Shown here: positions 36,531 to 45,895 of the stretch, in pieces
How the letters are laid out: the number at the start of each line of letters is the position of its first letter
Numbering within the stretch: the stretch's first letter is position 1
NCBI GenBank assembly: GCA_018714385.1
Contig: DVNL01000010.1
Location: 6,664 to 70,663, forward strand
DNA from: Candidatus Enterosoma merdigallinarum
GTDB taxonomy: Bacteria; Bacillota_I; Bacilli_A; RFN20; CAG-288
Length of the DNA stretch: 64,000 nt
Direction: 5' to 3'
Position numbers and translations under genes: made by a program
Notes under the pieces: generated by a model
Told to the model about the DNA's origin: nothing
The model's database searches: none
What the model saw: the letters and a program-made list of their open reading frames with translations, nothing else

Positions 36531-38454
36531 GTTCTACCTCCTGGGTGAAGCTGTCTTTCGTGGTGAAGTCGATGTTGTTCTCGATCCAGTCCTTTCGGCG
36601 GTCGGTGTCCCGACCCAAGAACAGGTTCACCTTGTCCTTGCATTCCTCGTCATCGTGGATGAACACCTGGAGAAGCTTTCGCTTCGCCGGCAGCATCGTG
36701 GTCGTGGAAAGCTGGTCGTAGTTCATCTCGCCGAGACCCTTGTAGCGGTTGACGCGGTACCCCTTGCCGATCTCCGCCTTCGCCTTCTCGAGTTCGGCAT
36801 CGTCATAGCAATAGATCTCGCGCTTGCCGTTGTAGACGCGATAGAGAGGCGGGCAGGCGATGTAGACATGTCCCGTCTCGACAAGAGGCTTCATGTGGTT
36901 GTAGAAGAAAGTCAAAAGCAGAGACTGGATATGGCTTCCGTCATCGTCGGCATCGGTCATGATGATGACCTTCCCGTAGTGGATGTCCTTGATCTTGAAA
37001 TCGGAGTCGAAACCGGCGCCGATGGTGTAGATCAGAGTCGATATCTCCTTGTTCCCGAGGAGCGTCTTCTCGTCTTCTATGTCCGTCGTGTTCTTCGGCT
37101 TTCCGCGCAAGGGAAGGATCGCCTGGTGGCGGGGATCGCGCCCCTTCTTGGCAGAGCCGCCGGCGGAGTCGCCCTCGACGATGAAGAGTTCGTTCTTCTG
37201 ATAGTCCTTGCTCGAGCAGGGGGTAAGCTTTTCGGAGATGTTGCTGGAGCTGACCTTGCTCTTGAGCAGCTCACGTTCCTTTCTCCGCGCATTCTCGGCC
37301 TGGACGCGTGCTTTCATCTCGTCGGTCGTCTTCTTGACGACGGCGCTGGCTTCGCCGTCATGCTCCTCGAGATAGTAGGCGAGCTTGCTCTCGACGACCT
37401 TGTCGACGGCATTGATCGCCTCCTTGGTGCCGAGCTTTCCCTTCGTCTGGCCTTCGAATTGGAGGAGATGCTCGGGGACCCATGTGGAAAGGATGGCCAC
37501 AAGACCTTCGCGCAAACAATCGCCATCCAGGGAGTCGTTGGCACGAATCTGCTTGTGGTTGATGGCATAGGAGTTGAAGCAGTTGGTGAGCGCCTTCTTT
37601 AAGCCGGTGACATGGTAGCCGCCGTCTGCTGTCCGGACGCCGTTGGCGAAGGAGATGATCTTCTCGTCATAGTTGTCCTTGAGAAAGCCGAAGACGACCT
37701 CGACCTTGATTCCGTCGTCCGACTTGCCGTCGATGGGAATGGGACTTGTGAGGCCGGTCTTTCCGACGGTGTGGCGCTGGAAGTATTCCAGAAGGCCGTT
37801 CTCGTAATAGAAATCCTGTTTCCTGCCGCTTCTCTCGTCGAGGAGATGGAAAGTCACGCCCTTGGTGAGGCAGGCCTGATCGTCGAGATGCTGCGCGATG
37901 CGGTCGAAGGAGAAGTTCGTGTCGGAAAAGATCGATCCGTCCGGCAGGAAGCGGACGTCCGTTCCGCGTCTTGTCGTCGGGCCGAGATCCTTGAGGGGGG
38001 AGGCCTTCTTGCCTCCGTTCTCAAACCGCATGAAATGGTCCCGCCCGTCCTTGAAGGAGTGGACTTCCATCCAAACGGAAAGGGCATTGGTGACCGAGGC
38101 GCCGACGCCATGGAGGCCTCCCGCGCTCTTGTAGTTGCTTTCATCGAACTTGCCGCCGCCATGCAGGGTCTGGTAGACGATCTGGAAACCGTTCATCTTT
38201 TCCCTGGGATTGTAGTCGTAGGGGATGCCGCGTCCTTGATCGGCGACTTCAAGGGAGCCGTCGTCGTGGATAGTGACATAGATGTGCTTTCCGTGCCCTT
38301 CGTTGGCTTCGTCAACGGCATTGTCGACGATTTCCCATACCAGGTGGTGGAGACCGACGGTATCCGTCGATCCGATATACATGCCAGGCCTCTCGCGGAC
38401 CGGTTCGAGGCCGTGGAGGACCGTCAGGCTTTTGGCATCGTACTTGTCGCTCAT
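36520..38454 (-). CDS. parE: DNA topoisomerase IV subunit B
   Basis: From ORF 36520..38547, with the start at ATG 38454. It carries ...LEPVRERPGMYIGS..., GGLHGVGASV, EGDSAGGSAK, PLRGK. Confidence 0.8.
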   Translation of the reverse strand: MSDKYDAKSLTVLHGLEPVRERPGMYIGSTDTVGLHHLVWEIVDNAVDEANEGHGKHIYVTIHDDGSLEVADQGRGIPYDYNPREKMNGFQIVYQTLHGGGKFDESNYKSAGGLHGVGASVTNALSVWMEVHSFKDGRDHFMRFENGGKKASPLKDLGPTTRRGTDVRFLPDGSIFSDTNFSFDRIAQHLDDQACLTKGVTFHLLDERSGRKQDFYYENGLLEYFQRHTVGKTGLTSPIPIDGKSDDGIKVEVVFGFLKDNYDEKIISFANGVRTADGGYHVTGLKKALTNCFNSYAINHKQIRANDSLDGDCLREGLVAILSTWVPEHLLQFEGQTKGKLGTKEAINAVDKVVESKLAYYLEEHDGEASAVVKKTTDEMKARVQAENARRKERELLKSKVSSSNISEKLTPCSSKDYQKNELFIVEGDSAGGSAKKGRDPRHQAILPLRGKPKNTTDIEDEKTLLGNKEISTLIYTIGAGFDSDFKIKDIHYGKVIIMTDADDDGSHIQSLLLTFFYNHMKPLVETGHVYIACPPLYRVYNGKREIYCYDDAELEKAKAEIGKGYRVNRYKGLGEMNYDQLSTTTMLPAKRKLLQVFIHDDEECKDKVNLFLGRDTDRRKDWIENNIDFTTKDSFTQEVEREK

Positions 38455-38545
38455 ATAAAATACCTCATCTAATAATTTTACGTTTCTTAAGCCCAAAAAT
38501 AAAGACGATGCATTATAATTGATGCGTATTGGGAGGCTTTCCGCC

Positions 38546-39268
38546 ATGGTAATTCTTTATACCGTTCTTTTCTGCCTTATGATGGTCCTCTTTGGCTATC
38601 TCATCGGGTCGATTCCCACGTCGATCATCATCGGAAAGATGCATGGTATCGACATCCGCCAATTCGGCTCACACAACGCCGGCGGAACCAATGTCGGGCG
38701 CGTCATCGGCAAGAAGGCGGGCATCCTGACGATCGTCCTCGATATCCTCAAGTGCTTTCTTCCTTGCCTTGCCGTCTTTCTGCTGTTCAATTATGTCCGT
38801 CCGGACTTTCTTTCCTCGTATGAGCATCTGGTCGAGCTTTTCGTCGCCCTGACGGCGACAGGCATCTGCCTCGGTCACACTTTCCCGCTCTATGCCGGCT
38901 TCCGCGGCGGGAAATGCGTCGCCTGCTTCGCCGGGTACATCGTCTTCATCTCTCCCTTGTGCTTCGTCCTTGCCTGTACCCTTTTCTTCGTCCTTTTCTT
39001 CCTCTTCCGCAAGGTCTCCCTCTCGTCTGTCATCGCCGTCCCCACGGCCCTTCTGCTCCTTTTTGTCCCCATGGTGCTGGATCTGACCGTCCTGCCGGAA
39101 GGATTCAACGGCGGCGTCTATTTCGGGCCGGGCTGCTACATCCACCTGTCCTATGTGACCGTCATCTTCGCTTTCCTTCTGGCCTCCCTTGTCATCCTGC
39201 GCCATCTTTCCAACATCAAGCGCCTGGAAAAAGGGGAGGAACCGGAAACACATTTCAAAAAAGATTGA
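38546..39268 (+). CDS. plsY: Glycerol-3-phosphate acyltransferase PlsY
   Basis: From ORF 38519..39268, with ATG 38546 behind GGGAGG. It carries ...GYLIGSIPTSIIIGK...GSHNAGGTNVGR... Confidence 0.9.
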   Translation: MVILYTVLFCLMMVLFGYLIGSIPTSIIIGKMHGIDIRQFGSHNAGGTNVGRVIGKKAGILTIVLDILKCFLPCLAVFLLFNYVRPDFLSSYEHLVELFVALTATGICLGHTFPLYAGFRGGKCVACFAGYIVFISPLCFVLACTLFFVLFFLFRKVSLSSVIAVPTALLLLFVPMVLDLTVLPEGFNGGVYFGPGCYIHLSYVTVIFAFLLASLVILRHLSNIKRLEKGEEPETHFKKD

Positions 39269-39288
39269 TTCCGGCCGGAACAGAAAAA

Positions 39289-39318
39289 CCGTCGTCCTTC
39301 CGGGCGACGGCATTTTTT
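39289..39318. terminator. Bidirectional terminator between convergent plsY and the yneF-efp operon
   Basis: Stem CCGTCGTCC-ttcc-GGGCGACGG, flanked by an A-run upstream and TTTTTT downstream. Confidence 0.7.
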
Positions 39319-39565
39319 ATTTGTGGCGAGTGGAAGGATTCCGCTGGGCCTCTTCGATGGCGCGCATGGTCTGGTTGACCCTCGCCTCGCTGGGTGTCTG
39401 CCCCATGGAGCGGTACATGGCCTTGACCATGTTCCTGTTGATTGGCGGATTCTTCTTCAGGGCGGTCTGGAACAGCTTCCTGGAGACGAAGTAGCCGATG
39501 ACGACACCGACGATGAGGCAGGCGATCAGGCTCAGGACGAATCCCCAGATGACGATCTCCATCAT
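39317..39565 (-). CDS. yneF: UPF0154/YneF family small membrane protein
   Basis: ORF 39317..39565. It has a single N-terminal TM followed by ...NPPINRNMVKAMYRSMGQTPSEARVNQ..., typical of the family. Confidence 0.8.
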   Translation of the reverse strand: MMEIVIWGFVLSLIACLIVGVVIGYFVSRKLFQTALKKNPPINRNMVKAMYRSMGQTPSEARVNQTMRAIEEAQRNPSTRHK

Positions 39566-39569
39566 GGCG

Positions 39570-40148
39570 TTATGCCCTGGAATCGTATTCGCCCGTGGCG
39601 GTGCGAACGATGATTTCCGTTCCGTTCTTGATGAACATCGGGACGCGGAGCTTGTAGCCGGTCTCGAGAACGGCTTCCTTCGTCGCCTTGTTGACGGTAT
39701 CGCCGGGGGTGGCGTTGTCGTCGCACTCGACGATCTTCAAAGTGACTTTGTCCGGAAGCTGGATACCCAGGATTTCCGTTCCGAAGTACGTGATGAGGAC
39801 GTTGGAATTGGGGGCGAGGAACTGAAGCTCCCACTTGACCCTCTCCTTGGGCAACTGGATCTGGTCATAGGTCTCGTTGTCCATGAAATAGGCGAATCCG
39901 GTATCGCCGTCATCGGCATAGAGGAACTGCATTTCCTTCTTGTCGAGATAGGCGAGCTCGATCTTCGTGCCGGAGAAGAGCATCATCTCGCTGATGGCGC
40001 CGCTCCTGAGGTTCTTGGCTTTGATCTTGTGCTTCATCTTGGCCATCGCGGTCTTGTTGTGCTGGATGTCGACGACCGAAAGAAGCTGTCCGTCGTAGAG
40101 GAAGACTTTTCCCGGGCCCAATTCGCCCGCATCAACCATGTCTGCCAT
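39570..40148 (-). CDS. efp: Elongation factor P (with a non-canonical beta3-beta4 loop)
   Basis: ORF 39570..40148. It shows overall EF-P architecture and a C-terminal ...GEYDSRA. The loop region reads QHNKTAMAKMKHK instead of the xxVKPGKGxAF type. Confidence 0.88.
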   Translation of the reverse strand: MADMVDAGELGPGKVFLYDGQLLSVVDIQHNKTAMAKMKHKIKAKNLRSGAISEMMLFSGTKIELAYLDKKEMQFLYADDGDTGFAYFMDNETYDQIQLPKERVKWELQFLAPNSNVLITYFGTEILGIQLPDKVTLKIVECDDNATPGDTVNKATKEAVLETGYKLRVPMFIKNGTEIIVRTATGEYDSRA

Positions 40149-40172
40149 TTTCCGTGGTCTCCTTTGCGATGA

Positions 40173-40331
40173 TTACTTCTTCTCTTCGTGACGCGTCATC
40201 TTGCGGCAGTTGGGGCAAAACTTGTTGGTAGCGAAACGCTCCGGATGAGCCTTCTTGTTCTTGGTGGTGATATAATTCTCGTGCTTGCACTCGCTGCAAC
40301 GCAGGATGATGTCAACTCTCTTGTCTGCCAT
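40173..40331 (-). CDS. rpmG: 50S ribosomal protein L33
   Basis: From ORF 40173..40370, with the start at ATG 40331 behind GGAGGAGA. It translates [27 protein letters not shown]...[14 protein letters not shown]. Confidence 0.92.
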   Translation of the reverse strand: MADKRVDIILRCSECKHENYITTKNKKAHPERFATNKFCPNCRKMTRHEEKK

Positions 40332-40417
40332 AGTAAATTCTCCTCCTTGATGAATAGGTAACCGAACCATTATAGACCTGTCCGGCTTCCGCTTTCAAGG
40401 ATGAAAAAAGGAAAGGA

Positions 40418-41464
40418 ATGCAAAAAATGGAAAGAAAAAGCTTTGCCATCGGGAACAAGACGATCGGCGACGGAAAGGTTCTCATCCAGTCGATGGGCGA
40501 CAGGAAGACGACCCGGATCGATGAGCTCGTAGCGCTGACCGACGACCTTGCCAGGATGGGCCTTGACATGATGCGCTTCTCGGTCCTGGACAGAGAGGAT
40601 GCCGCCGCGCTTTCCCAAATCAAGAAAGCCGTGTCGGTTCCCGTGATCGCCGATATCCATTTCGACACGTCCCTCGCCCTTGCCGCTATCGAGGCCGGCG
40701 CGGACAAGATCCGCATCAATCCCGGAAACGTCAACTCGGAATCCGGACTCCGGGAAGTCATCGCCCAGGCCAAGGCCAAGGGCATCGCCATGCGCATCGG
40801 CGTCAATTCGGGAAGCCTCAACAAATATCGAGGCAAAGGCGGCACGCCCGTCGACGACTATTTCCTCGCCTTGGACGAGACGCTTTCCCTTTTCAGGGAA
40901 ATGGACTTCGACCGCATCGTCCTTTCCTTGAAGTCCTCCTCGCCGGAGATGACCTATGCCCTCTACAAGAGAGCCTATGACACTTATCCGTATCCGCTCC
41001 ACGTCGGCCTGACCGAATCGGGTTTCGGCGTCATGGGATCGATGAAATCCGCCATCGCCATGAAGGACCTGCTCTCCGAAGGCATCGGGGATACGATCCG
41101 CATCTCTCTTGCCGATGACAGACGCGAAGAGATCCGCGCCTGCAAGACCCTCCTTAAGGCCCTTGGCATCCGCAAGGATCTTCCGGAGCTTGTCGTCTGT
41201 CCGACCTGCGGACGAACTCTGATCGATCTGAAGGACATATCGCGTGAAGTGGCCAAGCGCCTCGATTACGTCTTCAAACCCGTCAAGGTCGCCGTCATGG
41301 GTTGCCCGGTAAACGGGATAGGCGAAGCAAGAGACAGCGACGTCGGCATCGCCGGAAGCGGCAAGAAGGACGTCTATCTCCTTTTCTCCAAGGGGCATCC
41401 TCTCGGGACATACGAAAAAGAAGAGGCGCTTGCACGCCTCTTCGATTTCATCGAGGCCTTCTGA
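40418..41464 (+). CDS. ispG: 4-hydroxy-3-methylbut-2-en-1-yl diphosphate synthase
   Basis: ORF 40418..41464 carries ...VPVIADIHFD...KIRINPGN... and C-terminal CPTCGR...MGCPVNG cluster ligands. Confidence 0.92.
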   Translation: MQKMERKSFAIGNKTIGDGKVLIQSMGDRKTTRIDELVALTDDLARMGLDMMRFSVLDREDAAALSQIKKAVSVPVIADIHFDTSLALAAIEAGADKIRINPGNVNSESGLREVIAQAKAKGIAMRIGVNSGSLNKYRGKGGTPVDDYFLALDETLSLFREMDFDRIVLSLKSSSPEMTYALYKRAYDTYPYPLHVGLTESGFGVMGSMKSAIAMKDLLSEGIGDTIRISLADDRREEIRACKTLLKALGIRKDLPELVVCPTCGRTLIDLKDISREVAKRLDYVFKPVKVAVMGCPVNGIGEARDSDVGIAGSGKKDVYLLFSKGHPLGTYEKEEALARLFDFIEAF

Positions 41465-41471
41465 CCTCGGC

Positions 41472-42860
41472 TTATTTCTTTCCGCGCCTGGGGGCGAACT
41501 CGTCGGAGTGGAAGTCCCGGGCGTTCCCGCCGCTCCTTGCGATGTTTGTGAGAACGACCTTTTTGCGATGCTTGAGCTTGACCAAGTCCACCGCCTTGCT
41601 CACCTTCTTCCGGTAGTTGGGCTTGACCTTGTTGCTCTTGGTCTTGCCGATGGCATGCCGGATCTGCTTCTGGAGCCGGTCGTTGGACTGGTCCTTCTTT
41701 CCGAGATTGCGGAACTGATACGGGCCTTTTTGCGGTTTGAGCTGGCCTTGGGAGAGACTGAGGTAGTCGAAGGACAGCCCTCTCCGGACGAGGTCTCTGG
41801 CCCGGGAGAGGTTTTCCTCGTCCTCATAGAGGAGAACGTAGGAATCGCCCTCGCTGAGAAAACGGCCCGTCCTTCCGGCTCGGTGGAAGTAATAGTCCGA
41901 ATCCTTCGGCAGGTCTATGGAAAGCACTTCGGTGCAGTCGCGAACGTCGATTCCTCTCGAAACATAGTCGGTCGCAAGAAGGATTCCCGTCTTCCGAGAC
42001 TTAAAAGTCTCGATGGTCTTTCGGATGTCGCGCTTGTCCGCGCCGCCGGAAATGGCCAGGAAGTCGACTCCGTTCTCCTTGAGAATTGCGGAGACGACAT
42101 GCATATCCTCCCTTTTCGACAAGAAGGCGATGCCCTTGTAGAAGTCATGGGCCTTGAGGAAGGCAAGAAGGGCTTCCTCCCGGCTCATCCCCTTGGCCAG
42201 GACGAAATGATGCCTGACGCCAAGAGAGGTGATGCCTTCGCGCAGGTCGATGGTTTCCTTTGTCCTGAACGCGCGGCGGACCCTCTTGATTTCCTGAACC
42301 CCGAGGGAGGCGGAAAAGAAAGAGACGATGCCTTTGTCGATGGCCCCCTTCAGCCCATGAAGAGCATCCTGGAAGCCGTCGAAATACACCATATCGCCTT
42401 CGTCGACGATGACGTAGCTCAACGCGGAGGTGTCATAGCGCGAAAGGATTTCGGGATACATGGCCGGGGTCGAGAGGACGATTTTCGGCTTGAGTCGCGT
42501 GAAATCCTTTTTCGAGCGGATGACCTTCACCTCTTCCTTGTTGAGATTGCAGCCATCGGCAAGAGAGAGGAAGACCTCCTGTATTTGGTCGAGAAGGGCG
42601 ACGGTAGGGGAAAGGACGATCGCCTGACAAAGCGGCGCATCCTTCAGTTTGGCAAGGATCGGCACGACGTAGGAAAGCGTCTTCCCGGTCCCGGTCGGAG
42701 CCAGGGCAAGGACGTTGACTCCCTTCAAAAGCCTCGGGATCGCCACTTGCTGGATCGGGGAAAGGTAAAGAAAGCCTTCGCGGGAAAGGCTATCCAAAAG
42801 AGATTTGGGAAGGTTGAGAGAGCCGAAAGGCAGAAGTTCAGCGGTTTCCTTCTTGGTCAT
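41472..42860 (-). CDS. DEAD/DEAH-box ATP-dependent RNA helicase (motif II reads DEGD)
   Basis: ORF 41472..42860. It carries a Q-motif region, APTGTGKT, VDEGD, SAS, YFHRAGRTGR and a basic C-terminal tail. Confidence 0.88.
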   Translation of the reverse strand: MTKKETAELLPFGSLNLPKSLLDSLSREGFLYLSPIQQVAIPRLLKGVNVLALAPTGTGKTLSYVVPILAKLKDAPLCQAIVLSPTVALLDQIQEVFLSLADGCNLNKEEVKVIRSKKDFTRLKPKIVLSTPAMYPEILSRYDTSALSYVIVDEGDMVYFDGFQDALHGLKGAIDKGIVSFFSASLGVQEIKRVRRAFRTKETIDLREGITSLGVRHHFVLAKGMSREEALLAFLKAHDFYKGIAFLSKREDMHVVSAILKENGVDFLAISGGADKRDIRKTIETFKSRKTGILLATDYVSRGIDVRDCTEVLSIDLPKDSDYYFHRAGRTGRFLSEGDSYVLLYEDEENLSRARDLVRRGLSFDYLSLSQGQLKPQKGPYQFRNLGKKDQSNDRLQKQIRHAIGKTKSNKVKPNYRKKVSKAVDLVKLKHRKKVVLTNIARSGGNARDFHSDEFAPRRGKK

Positions 42861-44580
42861 TTTTCTTTATCTCGATTCCGAGGACGTCAAGGTCCTCCTG
42901 CGGGACAGGGGAGGGACACTCGCTCATCGGCTCGACGGCGCGAAGGTTCTTGGGGAAGGCGACGACGTCACGGACGTTGTCCGTCTCGCAAAGCTCCATG
43001 GCAAGCCTTTCCACGCCGATGCCGAATCCGCCCTCCGGCGGGACGCCGTAGCGCAAAGCCTTCACGAGGAAGCCGAACCGGTTCTCGATGTCTTCCTTGC
43101 TCAATCCGAGAAGGGCGAAGACTTTTTCCTGGACTGCGCTGTCATGGATCCGCAGGGCACCGGAAGACAGTTCGACGCCATTGAGAACGGTGTCATAGCT
43201 TGTCGAACGGATCCTGGTCGGATCGCTGTCGAGGAAAGGCAGATCTTCGTCGATAGGCCTGGTAAAGGGGTTGGAAAGGCTTTCGATGCGTCCATCCTCC
43301 GTTCTTTCGAAAAGCGGCCAGTCGATGACGAACAAGGGCTTGTAGACATCCTTCCTCGTCAGTCCGAGACGATCACCGTAGAAAAGACGAAGGGCACCAA
43401 GAGCGGTGCAGGCTCTCTCCCCCTTGGCATCGGCACACAGGATGAGAAGATCGTCTTCCTTCAAGGAAAGACGGGAGGAAAGAGCGGCAAGGCTTTCCGC
43501 CGACATGTTCTTGGCGATTCCTCCCCCGAGAGCCCCTTCCAAGAACTTCAGATGGCTGACGCCGAAGACGCGGAACTTCTTCGCCAGGACATTGTCAGCA
43601 TCCATGGCTTTCCTGGAAGTCGCCGCAGCCATCTTGGGAACGACGATGGCCTTTATAGACTTTCCCTCGAAGGCTTTGAAGCCACATCCGGAGAGGACAT
43701 CGGTGACATCCTCGATGAGCATGCCAAAACGCAAGTCGGGCTTGTCGCTGCCGTAGCGGGAGATCGCCTCGGCATAGGGCATGCGGATGAAATCGGGAAG
43801 GACGACACCTTTGATCTTCAAGAAGAGATGTTTGAGCAGACGTTCGATGACATCCAAGACATCCTCTCTTTCGACGAACGACATTTCACAGTCGATCTGC
43901 ATGAATTCCGGCTGTCTGTCCGCGCGCTGGTCCTCGTCGCGATAGCAATGGGCGAGTTGGAAATAGCGATCGACGCCTGCGACCATCAAAAGCTGCTTGT
44001 AGAGCTGCGGCGACTGGGGGAGGGCATAGAAGGAACCTTTGGAAATGCGGCTTGGGACAAGATAGTCCCTTGCGCCTTCCGGCGTGGATTTGATGAGAGT
44101 CGGCGTGTCGACCTCCAAGAAGCCCTCGTCCGCGAGGAATTCACGGGTGTAGCGGGAAATCTCGCTACGGACAGTCAGATACCTCTGCATCTTGGGACGG
44201 CGCAAATCGAGGTAGCGATATTGTAGGCGCGTGTCCTCGCTTGCGGTGATCTCGTCCTTGATCGGGAAAGGCGTCGTCTCCGCCTTGGAATAGACAAGGA
44301 TCTCTTCCACGCGGATTTCTATTTTCCCGGTCGCTATCTTGTCGTTTGGATCGCTTCGCAAGACGACCTCGCCAGAGGCACGGACGACCCATTCCGGCCG
44401 AAGCTGGAGCGATTTGAAATAGGACGGATCGATATTCAGCTGCGTGATGCCGAAACGGTCACGCAAATCGACGAACACCAATGCGCCGAGATCGCGCACG
44501 GTGTCGACGAAACCGCACAGCGCGACTTTTCTTCCGACGTCCTTCTCGGTCAATTCGCCGCAGGTATTTGTTCTCAGCAT
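42838..44580 (-). CDS. aspS: Aspartyl-tRNA synthetase
   Basis: ORF 42838..44580. It has MLRTNTCGELT...GFVDTVRDLG... (OB fold) and class II motifs (...FRDEDQRADRQPEF..., ...GGFGIGVERL...). Confidence 0.95.
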   Translation of the reverse strand: MLRTNTCGELTEKDVGRKVALCGFVDTVRDLGALVFVDLRDRFGITQLNIDPSYFKSLQLRPEWVVRASGEVVLRSDPNDKIATGKIEIRVEEILVYSKAETTPFPIKDEITASEDTRLQYRYLDLRRPKMQRYLTVRSEISRYTREFLADEGFLEVDTPTLIKSTPEGARDYLVPSRISKGSFYALPQSPQLYKQLLMVAGVDRYFQLAHCYRDEDQRADRQPEFMQIDCEMSFVEREDVLDVIERLLKHLFLKIKGVVLPDFIRMPYAEAISRYGSDKPDLRFGMLIEDVTDVLSGCGFKAFEGKSIKAIVVPKMAAATSRKAMDADNVLAKKFRVFGVSHLKFLEGALGGGIAKNMSAESLAALSSRLSLKEDDLLILCADAKGERACTALGALRLFYGDRLGLTRKDVYKPLFVIDWPLFERTEDGRIESLSNPFTRPIDEDLPFLDSDPTRIRSTSYDTVLNGVELSSGALRIHDSAVQEKVFALLGLSKEDIENRFGFLVKALRYGVPPEGGFGIGVERLAMELCETDNVRDVVAFPKNLRAVEPMSECPSPVPQEDLDVLGIEIKKNDQEGNR

Positions 44581-44583
44581 CTT

Positions 44584-45837
44584 TTACCTCCCGAAGAGGG
44601 CAACGAGTCCCTCTTCATCGATGATTTTCTGTTCGCGTGTCTTCATGTCCTTGATTTCCAGGTGGCCGTCCTCGAAAAGAATGAGCACGTTTTCGGCCTG
44701 GATCCTGTCCGCCATTTTGAAGCAGCCACCCATGCCTTTGCCGAAGGAAGGCATCGAGACGCTCATCCCCAGATCGCGAAGCCTTTCGGCGATCGCACAT
44801 CCTTTGCCTTTTCTTTCGAGATCGATCAGGAAGACATCGACCTTGGCAATCTTCCGTATGGCCTCGACTCTTTCATGGGGCATGTCCAGGATGAGCCTTT
44901 CCACGCCGAGCGAGAAGCCGATGCCCTCAAAATCGGGACCGCCGATGTCCGACATCAGCGAAGCATATTTTCCGCCACCTCCCAAGGCGGGGAAGTCCGG
45001 ATTTTCCAGGTCATAGATTTCCCATACCAGACCGGTGTAATAGTCCAATCCGCGGACAAGGCCGTCGTCTTTCACGTAAGGGATCCGGAGACTTTCAAGA
45101 AGAGAAATTATCGCCCCATATTCGGCTTTGTCGTCATCGGAGAGATAATCCTCTATCCTCGGGGCGCCCTTTGCGATTTCGCGGTCCTTCTCGACCTTGC
45201 AGTCGAGGATGCGCAAGGGATTCGTCTCGAAACGGTTCTTGCAGTCGTCGCACATTTCGGAAAGATGCGGCCGGAAATATTCGGCCAAAGCCTTTTTGTA
45301 GTTTTCGCGCGACTGGAACGATCCGAGATAGTTGACGAGGACCTTGACCGGCTTGCCAAGAGCCTTCTTGACGGCGTTGACGGAAAGAAGGAGAGCATCC
45401 AAGGCACAGTCGAGATCGACTTTGCGATCGAGGAATTCCACGCCGAACTGATAGAATTCGCGAAGACGGCCGGATTGCGGCCTTTCGTATCGGAAGACCT
45501 TTCCCATATAGGCATAACGCAGGGGCAAGTCCGGCGATGCATAGAGCTTGTTTTCAAGAACAAGACGATTGACCCCGGCGGTGAACTCGGGCCGAAGAGT
45601 ATAGTCCTTGTCTCCTTTTCTCTGCAGATCGAATGTCTCTTTGCGGACGATGTCGGAGCTTTCGCCGACGGAACGATGGAAAAGCCGAGATTCCTCGAAA
45701 ACGGGCGGGTTGACTCGCTGGCAGCCATAGAGTCGGCTTTCGTCCATGAGGACTTCCTCGAGCCCGGCAAGGACTTCCTCTTCCTTGCCGAAGTAATCCG
45801 TCGTCCCGCGTGGTTTCTTGATTTGATTATCGGCCAT
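44584..45837 (-). CDS. hisS: Histidyl-tRNA synthetase
   Basis: From ORF 44584..45858, with the start at ATG 45837 behind GGGAGG. It carries ...KPRGTTDYFG..., ...FRYERPQSGRLREFYQFG..., ...GGGKY... Confidence 0.95.
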   Translation of the reverse strand: MADNQIKKPRGTTDYFGKEEEVLAGLEEVLMDESRLYGCQRVNPPVFEESRLFHRSVGESSDIVRKETFDLQRKGDKDYTLRPEFTAGVNRLVLENKLYASPDLPLRYAYMGKVFRYERPQSGRLREFYQFGVEFLDRKVDLDCALDALLLSVNAVKKALGKPVKVLVNYLGSFQSRENYKKALAEYFRPHLSEMCDDCKNRFETNPLRILDCKVEKDREIAKGAPRIEDYLSDDDKAEYGAIISLLESLRIPYVKDDGLVRGLDYYTGLVWEIYDLENPDFPALGGGGKYASLMSDIGGPDFEGIGFSLGVERLILDMPHERVEAIRKIAKVDVFLIDLERKGKGCAIAERLRDLGMSVSMPSFGKGMGGCFKMADRIQAENVLILFEDGHLEIKDMKTREQKIIDEEGLVALFGR

Positions 45838-45895
45838 ATTTTTCCTCCCGAAAAGCATACAAAAACAAGCAACTGATTATACATCATAGAAGAAA

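Noticed and set aside
33927-38454. Alternative call of the type IIA topoisomerase pair as gyrB-gyrA.
   Set aside because: The adjacency to plsY in divergent orientation matches the Bacillus plsY-parE-parC arrangement. No dnaA/dnaN/recF context is present. The call remains an inference and needs phylogeny to confirm.
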